This document shows positions 30,393 through 41,331 of a DNA stretch of 57,065 bases, piece by piece. The notes below the pieces were generated by a model. It was not told the origin of the DNA and ran no database searches. It saw only the letters and a list, made by a program, of their open reading frames with translations. A program made the translations under genes and the position numbers. Each line of letters starts with the position of its first letter. Positions within the stretch are counted from its first letter, which is position 1. Origin of the DNA: Thermotogota bacterium (GTDB lineage Bacteria; Thermotogota; Thermotogae; Petrotogales; Petrotogaceae); contig JBNJGY010000006.1 in NCBI GenBank assembly GCA_051748045.1, forward strand, positions 1 to 57,065. Reading direction: 5' to 3'.

Positions 30393-31628
30393 TTATTTCA
30401 TGAAATTTTCAATCTCTTCTATTTCTTTAATAATATCCTTTGATAAATTTTCACATCCATCTTCAGTAATCAAAAGATCATCTTCAATTCTAACGCCAAT
30501 ATTTTCCTCTGGAATATATAATCCTGGTTCATTAGTTATAACCATTCCAGGCTTTAATACAGCGTCTCTAGCACCTACATCATGTGTATCCATTCCCATA
30601 AAATGCCCTATTGAATGAAAATAATATTCAAAAATATCTTCTTCTTTTTCTATTAGGCCTAATTCTATTGCTCCTTCAGCCAATCTCTTTTTAGATATTT
30701 CATGTAGTTCTTTCATACTGATACCTGGTTTAGCATTTTTTTCAACTTCTTTCATGGTATCAAGAACAACAGTATATATTTCTTTTTGTCTTTCTGTAAA
30801 TTTACCATTCAAAGGAAAAGTTCTTGAAATGTCAGCAGAATAATTCCCCCATTGAGCCCCTAAATCAAATAAAATCATATCTCCATCTTTTGCTTCAGAA
30901 TTGTTTTCTTCATAATGTAATATAGCAGCATTTTTACCAGATGCTGCAATTGTTTTAAAAGCATAATCTTTTACTCCACTCTGTTTTAAAACAAAATCAA
31001 AAAAAGCTTCTATTTCGTTTTCTTTCATTCCTGGTTTCATATGCTTAACCATATTGTATATTCCATTTTTAGTAATAGTTATAGCTTTTTTAATATTTTC
31101 TATTTCTTTTTTATCTTTTATAGTTCTTAAATCAGCAATTTGATGATAAATATTTTTAATTCTCATACTTGGATATTTATTTTTAATATCTTTAGCTAGT
31201 TCTAATGATACAGTTGTTACAGGGTCATCCCATCCTTGTTTTTCTAAATCAAGATATATCCTTTCATATTTTTGAGATAAAACTCTTCCTAAATCATTTT
31301 TGAAATTTTCAATAAATTTAATATCTTCAATTCCAGAAGTTTCCTTTGCTTCTTCAACAGACATTTTATGTCCCATCCATTTTGCCATTTGAGGATCATC
31401 TTTTTCAATATATAATGTTTCAGAAATCTTTTCACCATCTTTTTTTACTAATAATACAAAATTCTCTTTTTCTAATCCTGTTAAGTATAAAAAGTTTTTG
31501 TTTGGTGTAAATGGATATTTCTCATCTCTAGATTTATAAGGTGCAACTCCTGAAAATAACACCATAATTGATTTGTCATCTAAAGAATAATTCAATTTCC
31601 TTCTTCTTTCTTTTAAACTCTCTATCAT
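30393..31628 (-). CDS. pepP: Xaa-Pro aminopeptidase (M24B)
   Basis: N-terminal AMP_N (NFLYLTG), ILHY, DLGA...ADISRT, HSIGHFMGMDTHD, EPGLY, GVRIEDD. Confidence 0.9.
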   Translation of the reverse strand: MIESLKERRRKLNYSLDDKSIMVLFSGVAPYKSRDEKYPFTPNKNFLYLTGLEKENFVLLVKKDGEKISETLYIEKDDPQMAKWMGHKMSVEEAKETSGIEDIKFIENFKNDLGRVLSQKYERIYLDLEKQGWDDPVTTVSLELAKDIKNKYPSMRIKNIYHQIADLRTIKDKKEIENIKKAITITKNGIYNMVKHMKPGMKENEIEAFFDFVLKQSGVKDYAFKTIAASGKNAAILHYEENNSEAKDGDMILFDLGAQWGNYSADISRTFPLNGKFTERQKEIYTVVLDTMKEVEKNAKPGISMKELHEISKKRLAEGAIELGLIEKEEDIFEYYFHSIGHFMGMDTHDVGARDAVLKPGMVITNEPGLYIPEENIGVRIEDDLLITEDGCENLSKDIIKEIEEIENFMK

Positions 31629-31722
31629 ATTTACTCCTCCTTAATTGATTATAATCCTCTATCATTATATAATAAAATGTTATAATACAAAAAGATGTAT
31701 TTACTTACTTAGGAGTGTTTAA

Positions 31723-32199
31723 ATGAGAATATTAGGTATAGATCCAGGATACGGAAGAATTGGTTACGGAGTATTAGATAAAACTGGAAATCGATTTAAA
31801 ACTATTGATTATGGTGTTATATACACAGATAAAGATAAAGACTTACCTTTAAGACTATTTGAAATTAAACAAAAAATAACTCTATTAATAGAAAAATACC
31901 AACCTGATGAATCTTCAGTAGAAGATTTATTTTTCTTTAGAAACGTAACAACTGCTATTCAAGTTGGAGAAGCAAGAGGAGTCATCTTAGTAGCTTTAGT
32001 AGAAAATGAAGTCCCTATTTACGAGTATACTCCTTTTCAAATTAAACAAGCTGTAACTGGTTACGGTAGAGCAGAAAAAGGACAAATTCAAAGAACATTG
32101 AAACTATTATTAAATCTCAAAAAGAACCCAACACCTGATGATGCTGCTGATGCTTTAGCTGCAGCGTTTTGTCATGGAAATTTTAGGGGGGTAGTTTGA
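31723..32199 (+). CDS. ruvC: Holliday junction resolvase
   Basis: ILGIDPG, VEDLFF, GEARGV, GYGRAEK, DDAADALAAA. Confidence 0.96.
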   Translation: MRILGIDPGYGRIGYGVLDKTGNRFKTIDYGVIYTDKDKDLPLRLFEIKQKITLLIEKYQPDESSVEDLFFFRNVTTAIQVGEARGVILVALVENEVPIYEYTPFQIKQAVTGYGRAEKGQIQRTLKLLLNLKKNPTPDDAADALAAAFCHGNFRGVV

Positions 32200-35100
32200 T
32201 GGATTTAAAAAGGTATTTTGATGAAAACATAGGGTACATTCCTTTTGATTTAGACGGAGAAGTTGAAATAACAAAAGGTCTAGTTAAAGTTAAAATAAAA
32301 AATAATTTCAATGAAAGTATGGAAAGTTCATTGAAAAAATTCTTTTTAAGAAATTTAAAAACAGAAGTTATGGTAGAACCTATTGGAGACAACAAACCAG
32401 AATATATAGTAAACAATTGGCAAAAAATAATAATTGGACACAAATTAGATGATTATTTAAGTTTATTATTACCAGAGTTAAAAGGTGATGTCTTAGTTTT
32501 CAAGAGTCATTCAAAGTTGGTAATTCAAAGAATGAAAAACTCTAAAGAAATTTTAAATGATATTATAACAAGACACTGTGGGATGAAAATAGAATTTTTA
32601 TTAGAACTAGATAATACACTTAAACCAGATTTTGATGATACTTTTGGACACGATTATGTTGATTTTGATAATTATGAACAACAAAATAAAGAACCTTTAC
32701 AAGATAATAAAACGACTAACAAAAAATCTAAATCTAAAATTATATTAGGTAGAAATTTTAAAAAAGTTCCAATAGATCTTGATAATGTCCCTACTGTTGA
32801 AGGAAGTATATTAGTAGTAAAAGGACAAGTATTTTATAAAGACTATAATGATAAATCAAATATTAGTACTCTTTTTATAACGGATAAAAAAGACTCTATT
32901 GTAATAAAACATTTCTTCGACAAAGGAGAAATAATGCATAAAAATGTAAATGTAGGTGATTTTATAGTTGCTGAAGGTAGTTTATTTTATGATAGTTTTA
33001 TAAACGATTTTTCAATAAAACCTTTTAACCTTAAAAAAATACAACCAGATCAATTAAAAATGGACAATAGTCAAGAAAAAAGAGTAGAACTACATACTCA
33101 TACTAAATTGAGTCAAATGGATGGAATAATGGAAGTAAAAGATTTAGTAAAAAGAGTTAAATCTTGGGGACATAAAGCTGTTGCAATAACTGACCATGGA
33201 GGTATTCAAAACATACCTCAATTTTATGATATAGCTAAAGCTGAAGGGATAAAACCGATCTTTGGTTTAGAAGGTGATGTAGTTGATGAGTATATTGAAA
33301 TCATAAATATTTTTGGAGATGGAGAAAAATCTTTAAAAGATACTGAATATGTAGTTTTTGATTTTGAAACTACAGGAACTCAACCAGATGTAAATGAAAT
33401 AATTGAATTTGGGGCTGTAAAAGTAAAAGATGGTGAAATAATAGATAAATTTCATGAACTGGTAAAACCTGAAGAAGAATTACCGGAGATAACCACTGAA
33501 ATAACAGGTATAACTCAAGAGATGCTTAATGACAAACCACCTATTCATAAAATAATGCCAAAATTTTTAGATTTTATCGAAAACACTGTTTTAGTAGCTC
33601 ATAATGCAATATTCGACTTTAGATTTTTAAGATCCTGGGTATCAAAATTATATGATAGAACATTTGAACAAACATATATTGACACTTTATCAATGGCAAA
33701 ATCTTTATTGACAATAAAAAGATTCTCTTTAGATAAAGTTGTAAAAGAGTTAGGTTTAAGTGACTTCAATCACCATAGAGCTGATGAAGATGCTCATGTA
33801 ACAGCATTAGCTTTTATACGATTACTTGATATGGCTCACAACAGAGGAATGGAAACATTAGCAGATTTAGACAAATTAAGAAAGTTTATTGATTATAAAA
33901 GAATTTTTCCAAAACACATGAGTATACTTATAAAAAATAAAATCGGATTAAAAAATTCTTATAAATTAGTTTCAAATGCACATACAAAATATTTTTATAT
34001 GCATCCTAGAATTTTAAAAAGTGAATTAGAAGCTTTGAGAGAAGGTCTTTTGATAGGCTCTGGTTGTGAAAATGGAGAATTAGCTGATGCATTTATAAGA
34101 GGGGCTACAAAAGATGAGATGAAAGAAATTGCAAAATTTTTTGACTATTTAGAAATAATGCCAATAGATACATTGGAGACTCGAGAAGAGCTTTCTAAAG
34201 AAAGAATTATTGAAATGTATCAAACAATATATGAAATAGGAAAAGAGTTAGATAAACCTGTAGTTATGGTGAGTAACTCTCATTATTTAGATGAAACAGA
34301 CATGAAATTCAGACATGCATTAAAAGTAGCAGATAAGAAAAAATCTTATAATTCAAATCGCCATTTAAGAACTACTGATGAAATGCTAAAAAATGCCATG
34401 GAAATTTTTAACAATGAAGAAATATCTAAAAAAATTGTTATAGAAAACACTAATTTAATTGCAGAGAAAATAGAAGATATAGTTCCTTTGAAAAAAAAGC
34501 TAAACCCACCTAATATTGAAAATGCTGATAATGAAGTCAGAGAAACAACATATAAAAAAGCACACGAAATATATGGAAAAATATTACCAGAAATAATAGA
34601 AAAAAGAATAGAAAGAGAATTAGATTCCATAATTAAACATGGATATTCTGTACTTTATCTCATGGCAGAAAGAATAGTCAAAAAATCAAATGAAGACGGT
34701 TATCTAGTTGGATCCAGAGGTTCTGTTGGTTCTTCATTGGTAGCTTTTTTAATGGGTATTACAGAAGTTAATCCTATGCCTCCACACTATGTTTGCCCAA
34801 AATGTAAAAAATCAAAATTTTTTACAAAAGGTGAATATGGCTCAGGTTATGACCTGCCCGATAAAAAATGTCTAGAGTGTGAAGTTCAAATGATAAAGAA
34901 TGGACAAGATATTTTATTTGAAACTTTTATGGGTTTTGAAGGAGACAAGATACCTGATATTGATTTGAATTTTTCTGGAGAATATCAATCTAGAGCTCAT
35001 AAATATGTAGAAAAATTATTTGGAGAAGATCATGTATTTAAAGCTGGTACTATTTCTACAGTAGCTGAAAAAACAGCTTTGGAATACGCCAGAAAATATT

Positions 35101-36371
35101 CTGAAACTGCTGATTTTGTAAGACAATGTGAACAACAAAGAATAGCAAATGCCATAACTGGGGTAAAAAGAACAACAGGACAACATCCAGGCGGCCTCAT
35201 GATTGTCCCAAAAGAATTTGAGGTATTTGATTTTACACCAATACAATTTCCTGCAAATGATACAAAATCTGACGTACAAACCACTCATTTTGATTATCAT
35301 GTTATTCATGATGATTTAGTTAAACTTGATGCACTTGGACATGATGACCCCACTTTTATAAGAATGCTTGAAGATTTAACTGGTGTAGATGCTTTGAAAA
35401 TACCAATGGATGACAAAGATACAATGTCAATTTTTTCAAGTACAAAAGCTTTAAAAGTTGACTTAAAATCAGAATTAGATACGACAGTTGGAGCATTAGG
35501 AATACCTGAATTTGGAACGAATTTTGTGCGAAGAATGCTAGATGATACAAAACCTAGTACTTTTGCAGAACTTGTTAGAATCTCAGGTTTATCACACGGT
35601 ACAAATGTTTGGGTAGGAAATGCAAAAAACATTATAGATAGAGGAGATGCTACACTTAATGAAGTTATATCCTGTAGAGATGATATAATGAATTATCTCA
35701 TACACAAAGGCGCAGATCCAAAAAAATCATTTTTCATAATGGAAAAAGTTAGAAAAGGTAAAAGTTTAACAGATGATGAAGAACAATTAATGAAAGATGT
35801 AGGGGTTCCTAATTGGTTTATGGAATCTTGTAGAATAATATCTTATCTATTTCCAAAAGCACACGCTGCAGCTTATGTTAGTATGGCTTTTAGAATTGCT
35901 TGGTTTAAAGTTCATAAACCTTTAGCATTTTATGCTACATATTTTTCTGTAAAAGGTGATGAGTTTAATCTACCTGTTATTTTAAAAGGGAAAAATTCTA
36001 TAAAAAGAAGACTTATGGAAATAAAAGGAGAAAGAGATGTAAAATTAAAAAAAGAAAGAACAGTTTTAGAAGTGGCATATGAAATGCTTTTAAGAGGTTT
36101 TAATTTTATTAATGTTGATTTATATAAATCAGATTCAAAAAAATTCATCATACAAGGTAAGGGATTATTAATCCCATTTATAAAAATCCCAAACCTTGGA
36201 GAAAAAGCAGCTGAAAGTGTTATTGTTGAGAGAGAAATTGAACCTTTTCAATCAATCGAAGAACTTGTTGCTAGAACAGCAGTAAATAAATCAAACACAG
36301 AAATATTAAAGGAATTAGGAATATTAAAAGGTTTACCAGATAAAAACCAAATGTCATTATTTGGAGGATAA
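32199..36371 (+). CDS. polC: DNA polymerase III alpha subunit, PolC type
   Basis: OB fold, PHP (HTHT...TDH), embedded DEDD exonuclease (VVFDFETTG), CPKC/CLEC Zn site, PDIDLNF, C-terminal clamp-binding motif QMSLF. TGATG overlap with ruvC. Confidence 0.96.
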   Translation: MDLKRYFDENIGYIPFDLDGEVEITKGLVKVKIKNNFNESMESSLKKFFLRNLKTEVMVEPIGDNKPEYIVNNWQKIIIGHKLDDYLSLLLPELKGDVLVFKSHSKLVIQRMKNSKEILNDIITRHCGMKIEFLLELDNTLKPDFDDTFGHDYVDFDNYEQQNKEPLQDNKTTNKKSKSKIILGRNFKKVPIDLDNVPTVEGSILVVKGQVFYKDYNDKSNISTLFITDKKDSIVIKHFFDKGEIMHKNVNVGDFIVAEGSLFYDSFINDFSIKPFNLKKIQPDQLKMDNSQEKRVELHTHTKLSQMDGIMEVKDLVKRVKSWGHKAVAITDHGGIQNIPQFYDIAKAEGIKPIFGLEGDVVDEYIEIINIFGDGEKSLKDTEYVVFDFETTGTQPDVNEIIEFGAVKVKDGEIIDKFHELVKPEEELPEITTEITGITQEMLNDKPPIHKIMPKFLDFIENTVLVAHNAIFDFRFLRSWVSKLYDRTFEQTYIDTLSMAKSLLTIKRFSLDKVVKELGLSDFNHHRADEDAHVTALAFIRLLDMAHNRGMETLADLDKLRKFIDYKRIFPKHMSILIKNKIGLKNSYKLVSNAHTKYFYMHPRILKSELEALREGLLIGSGCENGELADAFIRGATKDEMKEIAKFFDYLEIMPIDTLETREELSKERIIEMYQTIYEIGKELDKPVVMVSNSHYLDETDMKFRHALKVADKKKSYNSNRHLRTTDEMLKNAMEIFNNEEISKKIVIENTNLIAEKIEDIVPLKKKLNPPNIENADNEVRETTYKKAHEIYGKILPEIIEKRIERELDSIIKHGYSVLYLMAERIVKKSNEDGYLVGSRGSVGSSLVAFLMGITEVNPMPPHYVCPKCKKSKFFTKGEYGSGYDLPDKKCLECEVQMIKNGQDILFETFMGFEGDKIPDIDLNFSGEYQSRAHKYVEKLFGEDHVFKAGTISTVAEKTALEYARKYSETADFVRQCEQQRIANAITGVKRTTGQHPGGLMIVPKEFEVFDFTPIQFPANDTKSDVQTTHFDYHVIHDDLVKLDALGHDDPTFIRMLEDLTGVDALKIPMDDKDTMSIFSSTKALKVDLKSELDTTVGALGIPEFGTNFVRRMLDDTKPSTFAELVRISGLSHGTNVWVGNAKNIIDRGDATLNEVISCRDDIMNYLIHKGADPKKSFFIMEKVRKGKSLTDDEEQLMKDVGVPNWFMESCRIISYLFPKAHAAAYVSMAFRIAWFKVHKPLAFYATYFSVKGDEFNLPVILKGKNSIKRRLMEIKGERDVKLKKERTVLEVAYEMLLRGFNFINVDLYKSDSKKFIIQGKGLLIPFIKIPNLGEKAAESVIVEREIEPFQSIEELVARTAVNKSNTEILKELGILKGLPDKNQMSLFGG

Positions 36372-36373
36372 AA

Positions 36374-37435
36374 ATGGAAGGCTATATTACCTTTTCACAT
36401 TTAAATAAAGTAACAGAATTTTTAGATAATTTTTGTGGAACAGTAGAACCTTCCACAAGAAATGCTTATTTCTTTTATGATAACGGATTGAAAATTTATG
36501 CCTCTGATAATTGTGGCAGTATGATAATGAATTTCACAAGAGATTTCCTACCTTTTGATGGAGTAGCAGTAATCCCAATTCAATACTTAAAAGGATTAAC
36601 AAGAGGAAAAAACAAAAAATCTGATCAAATTGTAAAGATCACTATTAACAAAGATCATGTATTATTCTCATTTGAAGAAATGAATTTATCAACTGAAATA
36701 AAAAAGGAAGAATCACACCCAGAAATAATAAAAGATTTTGAAAATTTATCAATAGATTCTTTAAATGAGTTTATTAAAAAAATTGATTTTGTTTCAGCCT
36801 CAGCAAACGAAGGAGATCTAATAAATATATTTACTAGGAATCAATCTATTAAATTCAGTTATATTTCTGATTATTACTATACAGAATCTGAATATTCTAA
36901 TTCTGAAAAAAACTTTTCTTTGTCTATTCCATACGTTACAATTAGACATATTGTAAAATCATTAAAAAAATTAAGAAAAAATTCAAATATTTCATTAGGT
37001 TATGAAAATAATAAATTGATTTTATTAGCTCCAGGTGTTATAATCAATCTCTGTACATCAAAATTTAATGCTGATGTTATAGAGATAGAAAACTTCAAAA
37101 TTGAAGAAGAATTAAGAATTAAATCAAATAACCTAAAAAAAGCTTTAGATAAAATGTATATCTCTTTCAAAAAAAATAATATAGCTTATATTGTTTTAAG
37201 CACAAAAGGATCATACATATACAAGGAAGAAAATGATTCTCATTTATCTTGGAAACTAGATATAAAATCTAAACATAAATATTTAGTTAAAATTCATATC
37301 AGAAAAATGAGGTCAATACTGACAAGACTTCCAGAGAACTTATTATTAAAAATTACAGAATCAAAACTGATAATCACCGACTTAAAAAACAAAAAAATGG
37401 CTATTTTTCAAATACAAAAATCATCAAAGCAGTGA
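36374..37435 (+). CDS. Hypothetical protein; putative highly diverged beta sliding-clamp (DnaN-fold) paralogue
   Basis: 353 aa with three approximately 115-aa units showing the clamp helix/strand pattern; starts 2 nt after the polC stop with its SD inside polC. Fold call is by eye. Confidence 0.55.
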   Translation: MEGYITFSHLNKVTEFLDNFCGTVEPSTRNAYFFYDNGLKIYASDNCGSMIMNFTRDFLPFDGVAVIPIQYLKGLTRGKNKKSDQIVKITINKDHVLFSFEEMNLSTEIKKEESHPEIIKDFENLSIDSLNEFIKKIDFVSASANEGDLINIFTRNQSIKFSYISDYYYTESEYSNSEKNFSLSIPYVTIRHIVKSLKKLRKNSNISLGYENNKLILLAPGVIINLCTSKFNADVIEIENFKIEEELRIKSNNLKKALDKMYISFKKNNIAYIVLSTKGSYIYKEENDSHLSWKLDIKSKHKYLVKIHIRKMRSILTRLPENLLLKITESKLIITDLKNKKMAIFQIQKSSKQ

Positions 37436-37443
37436 GGTGTTAA

Positions 37444-38322
37444 ATGCAAAATAAAACTAAAGGACTAATATTTTTATCCATAACAGTAGTACTTTGGGGA
37501 ATATCATTTGTAGCTACATCAGTAGTCGTAAGATACATTCCCCCTATAATAGCAGGATTTATAAGATTTAGTATAGCTTCAATTTTTTTAATGATATTTG
37601 TTAGAAAAAATGTAAAATATACAAAAAAAGAAGTTTTTTATCTAATAATGACAGGTTTTTTTGGAATAACAGCATATTTTATATTTGAAAATACTGCTTT
37701 GATGTATACAACACCCAGCAATAGTTCATTAATAATATCATCTACGCCTATCTTTTTTTTAATAGTTAATGATATAATTCAAAAAAAATTATCTAATAAA
37801 ATTCGATACCTAGGAACTTTAATTGCTTTTACAGGAGTCACACTTTTAATATTAAATGGAAAATACATATTAGAGTTGAATCCCATAGGAGACTTGCTAA
37901 TGATGATACCTGTTTTTAGTTGGATAGTTTATACAATCTATCTAGAAAAACTAAATGTGAAGCATTCTAACCTCATCATAACAAGAGATATGACTATGTA
38001 TGGAGCTATATTTTTTGCACCATTTGCTATATTAGAAATGTTAAAAGCAGACAGTTGTCCTGTTTATGAATTATGGTTACAACCAATGGTAATAATATCT
38101 CTATTATTTTTGGGAATACTTTGTTCTGCAATTGGTTATATTTTCTGGAATTATTCAGTAAAACTAGCTGGTTCAAAGACAACGATAAATGGAATTTATT
38201 TTATACCTATGGTCACTTTAATAGCTGATTCAATTTTTCTAAAAAATATACCAAATGTATTCACTTTAATAGGCGCAATACTAATTATCTCAGGAACTTA
38301 CATAGCTGAAAAGAAATTTTAA
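37444..38322 (+). CDS. DMT/EamA family transporter
   Basis: LWGISF, RF motif, about 10 TM segments in two EamA repeats. Confidence 0.9.
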   Translation: MQNKTKGLIFLSITVVLWGISFVATSVVVRYIPPIIAGFIRFSIASIFLMIFVRKNVKYTKKEVFYLIMTGFFGITAYFIFENTALMYTTPSNSSLIISSTPIFFLIVNDIIQKKLSNKIRYLGTLIAFTGVTLLILNGKYILELNPIGDLLMMIPVFSWIVYTIYLEKLNVKHSNLIITRDMTMYGAIFFAPFAILEMLKADSCPVYELWLQPMVIISLLFLGILCSAIGYIFWNYSVKLAGSKTTINGIYFIPMVTLIADSIFLKNIPNVFTLIGAILIISGTYIAEKKF

Positions 38323-38370
38323 CGAAATGAATATAAACATATTATAATTGAAAAAATAATCATATATAAT

Positions 38371-38404
38371 ATAAATGGTTGCATTTGCAACCGTTTATTT
38401 TTTT
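38371..38404 (+). terminator. Probable terminator of ruvC-polC-hypothetical-DMT
   Basis: ATAAATGGTTGCA-TT-TGCAACCGTTTAT plus T-run. Confidence 0.65.
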
Positions 38405-38453
38405 ACTTTTTATCTGACAAAATTTATCCTATTTTAAAATAAGGAGGCCATAT

Positions 38454-39062
38454 ATGAAAAATAATAACGTTTTTGTAGATTTTATAAATATTTTTAAAAA
38501 TTTAAAAGCTGACATGAAGATGTTCAAGAAAAAAGATCCAACTGCTAACTCAGGTTTTTTTGTTTTTTTTACATCCATCGCCTATCATTCTTTAATATCT
38601 TATAGATTTGCTCATTTTTTAAACACCCATAAAATGAAATTTATAGGTTATATTATTTATACTTTTAGTAAAATTTTTCATCATGTAGATATTCATCCTT
38701 CCGCTTTATTGGAACCGGGGATAGTTATAGACCATGGTTTTGGAATAGTAATAGGAGAAACAGCTAAAGTTGGAAGTGGAACCTTAATATATCATGGCGC
38801 TACACTAGGTGCGAAAACAGTAACAAAAGGCAAAAGACATCCTGATATAGGAAAAAATGTTATGATAGGAGCAGGTGCAAAAATTTTAGGTCCTGTAATA
38901 ATTGGAGACGAATCAGTTGTAGGAGCAAATAGTGTTGTTCTTATGGATATTCCACCAAAGTCTGTTGCAGTTGGAATTCCAGCAAAAATCAAAAAATTCA
39001 ATTGCCCATCATATAATTTCATGGATATAGACAAAAAAATAAACAATGATTTTGTTATTTAA
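38454..39062 (+). CDS. cysE: Serine O-acetyltransferase
   Basis: VDIHP, IDHGFGIVIGETA, KRHP, hexapeptide repeats; next to cysK. Confidence 0.92.
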   Translation: MKNNNVFVDFINIFKNLKADMKMFKKKDPTANSGFFVFFTSIAYHSLISYRFAHFLNTHKMKFIGYIIYTFSKIFHHVDIHPSALLEPGIVIDHGFGIVIGETAKVGSGTLIYHGATLGAKTVTKGKRHPDIGKNVMIGAGAKILGPVIIGDESVVGANSVVLMDIPPKSVAVGIPAKIKKFNCPSYNFMDIDKKINNDFVI

Positions 39063-39079
39063 AATAGGAGGTTTTAGAT

Positions 39080-39976
39080 ATGCTTGATTCAGCGTTAGGC
39101 AATACCCCAATGGTAACTTTATCAAATATAATAGAACCAGGAAGAATTTTTATAAAACTAGAAAAAAATAATCCCGCTGGTAGCGTCAAAGACAGACCTG
39201 CTTTCTTCATGATTAAAGATGCTGAAATAAAAGGTTTATTAGGTGATCATCAAAAAATGATTGTTGAACCTACTTCTGGTAATACAGGAATTGCATTAGC
39301 AGCTATTGCAAGAAGTAAAGGATATAAAATTATATTGACTATGCCAGAAAGCATGAGTATAGAAAGAAGACAAATTTTAAAATTATTAGGTGCAAAAATA
39401 ATACTAACCCCAGCTGAAAAAGGAATGAAAGGAGCAATTGAAAAGGCAAAACAACTAAAAAAGAAACACAATGCTTTTATGCCTAATCAGTTTGATAATC
39501 CTTCTAATCCACAAGCGCATGAATTCACAACTGGACCTGAAATATTAAAACAAATGGATTTTAATGTTGATGCATTTGTAGCTGGCGTTGGAACGGGAGG
39601 CACTATTACAGGAGTTGGAAAAGTTTTAAGAAGAACTTTTAAAGAATGTGTGAAAATATTCCCTGTTGAACCAATAAACTCTTCAGTTATTTCTGGAAAT
39701 GAACCAGGTAAGCATAAAATCCAAGGTATAGGAGCAGGATTCGTTCCAAATAATTTAGAATTATCTTTATTAGATGAGCCAATAAAAATCTCAGATGAAG
39801 AAGCATATGAAATGACAAAGAGATTAGCAGAAGAAGAGGGATTATTCTTGGGTATATCAAGTGGTGCAAATGTAGCAGCATCAATAAAAGCAGCTAATCT
39901 TTTGGGAGAAAACAAAAGGATTGTTACTATTGGTTGTGACTCAGGAGAGAAATATATTAGCTTATTAGGCGAATAA
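39080..39976 (+). CDS. cysK: Cysteine synthase A
   Basis: NPAGSVKDR, EPTSGNTG, GVGTGGT, HKIQGIG, GISSGA. Confidence 0.95.
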   Translation: MLDSALGNTPMVTLSNIIEPGRIFIKLEKNNPAGSVKDRPAFFMIKDAEIKGLLGDHQKMIVEPTSGNTGIALAAIARSKGYKIILTMPESMSIERRQILKLLGAKIILTPAEKGMKGAIEKAKQLKKKHNAFMPNQFDNPSNPQAHEFTTGPEILKQMDFNVDAFVAGVGTGGTITGVGKVLRRTFKECVKIFPVEPINSSVISGNEPGKHKIQGIGAGFVPNNLELSLLDEPIKISDEEAYEMTKRLAEEEGLFLGISSGANVAASIKAANLLGENKRIVTIGCDSGEKYISLLGE

Positions 39977-40073
39977 ACCCTTTTGTAAAGTATTTGTTAT
40001 TTAATATTACTTAAAAAATGTTAGTATATTTTATTGGAACCATAATTAAACACAATACGGGAGGAATTATTTA

Positions 40074-41315
40074 ATGAGTAATAAAGAATGTTCATTTTGC
40101 GGGAAACCACAATCCGAAGCAGAAGCGTTGATAGCAGGTCCAAATGGCATATACATATGTGATGAATGTATTGAACTATTTGATGACTTAATAGAAGAAA
40201 ACAAAAATAAAAATACTAAAAATGGTGAAAAAGAAACAAAAAAAGAATTCAAATTACCAACACCAAGTAAAATAAAAGATTTTTTAGATCAATATATAAT
40301 AGGACAAGAAAGTGCTAAAAAATCAATTTCAGTTGCAGTTTACAATCATTATAAAAGAATTTTTTCTTCTCATAAATTAAAAGATGTAATGCTTGAAAAA
40401 TCAAATGTTTTAATGCTTGGACCAACAGGTGTAGGAAAAACATTGATTGCAAAAACATTGGCAGATATTTTAGATGTACCCTTTGCAATTGCAGATGCAA
40501 CTCCATTAACAGAAGCAGGATATGTTGGTGATGATGTAGAAAACATAATATTGAGATTATTACAATCAGCTGATTTTGATGTAGAAAAAGCAGAAAGAGG
40601 AATTATATATATAGATGAAATTGATAAAATAACAAGAAAATCATCAAACCCATCTATAACAAGAGATGTTTCTGGAGAAGGGGTACAACAGTCTCTTCTA
40701 AAAATTGTTGAAGGTACAGTAGCAAATATACCTCCACAAGGTGGAAGAAAACACCCTTATCAAGAATTTATTAAAGTTGATACCTCAAAAATATTGTTCA
40801 TAGCAGGTGGGGCTTTCGATGGACTTGTAGATTTAATAAAACAAAGAACAGAAACTTCTTCACTTGGTTTTGGTGCTGAAATAAAATCAAAAGATAAAAT
40901 TAGAGACGGAGAAGTTCTGAAAAAAGTTACCCCAGATGATTTGGTTCATTATGGTATGATACCTGAATTTGTAGGTAGATTCCCAGTTGTTTCAACACTC
41001 TCAGATCTAAATGAAGAAGAGCTTGTTTCCATAATTAAAGAACCTAAAAATGCTATTTTAAAACAATATGAAGCATTACTAGACCTTGATGACATAAAAC
41101 TTACTATAACTGATGAAGGTCTTTTTGAAATAGCTAAAAATGCTTTAACAAGAGGTACTGGAGCAAGAGCACTTAAAAGTGTTTTTGAAGATATAACTTT
41201 AGATATAATGTATGAAGCTCCAGATTTAAAAGATGAAATTGACGAAATTATAATAGACGAAGAAGTAGTAAGAGGAGAAAAAGAGGTTATAAAAAAATAT
41301 AAAAAAACAGCTTAA
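40074..41315 (+). CDS. clpX: ATP-dependent Clp protease ATP-binding subunit
   Basis: C4 Zn finger (CSFC...CDEC), [17 protein letters not shown] loop, LGF loop, GAR. Confidence 0.97.
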   Translation: MSNKECSFCGKPQSEAEALIAGPNGIYICDECIELFDDLIEENKNKNTKNGEKETKKEFKLPTPSKIKDFLDQYIIGQESAKKSISVAVYNHYKRIFSSHKLKDVMLEKSNVLMLGPTGVGKTLIAKTLADILDVPFAIADATPLTEAGYVGDDVENIILRLLQSADFDVEKAERGIIYIDEIDKITRKSSNPSITRDVSGEGVQQSLLKIVEGTVANIPPQGGRKHPYQEFIKVDTSKILFIAGGAFDGLVDLIKQRTETSSLGFGAEIKSKDKIRDGEVLKKVTPDDLVHYGMIPEFVGRFPVVSTLSDLNEEELVSIIKEPKNAILKQYEALLDLDDIKLTITDEGLFEIAKNALTRGTGARALKSVFEDITLDIMYEAPDLKDEIDEIIIDEEVVRGEKEVIKKYKKTA

Positions 41316-41331
41316 ATAAAGGATGGTTCTC

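Noticed and set aside
27686-36371. Inteins or introns in nrdJ and polC
   Set aside because: Protein lengths are ordinary, catalytic motifs are contiguous, and no intein splice or LAGLIDADG motifs were seen.
38323-38453. T-box or S-box leader for cysE-cysK
   Set aside because: Region is only about 130 nt and lacks T-box and SAM-riboswitch consensus; the hairpin fits the upstream operon terminator.
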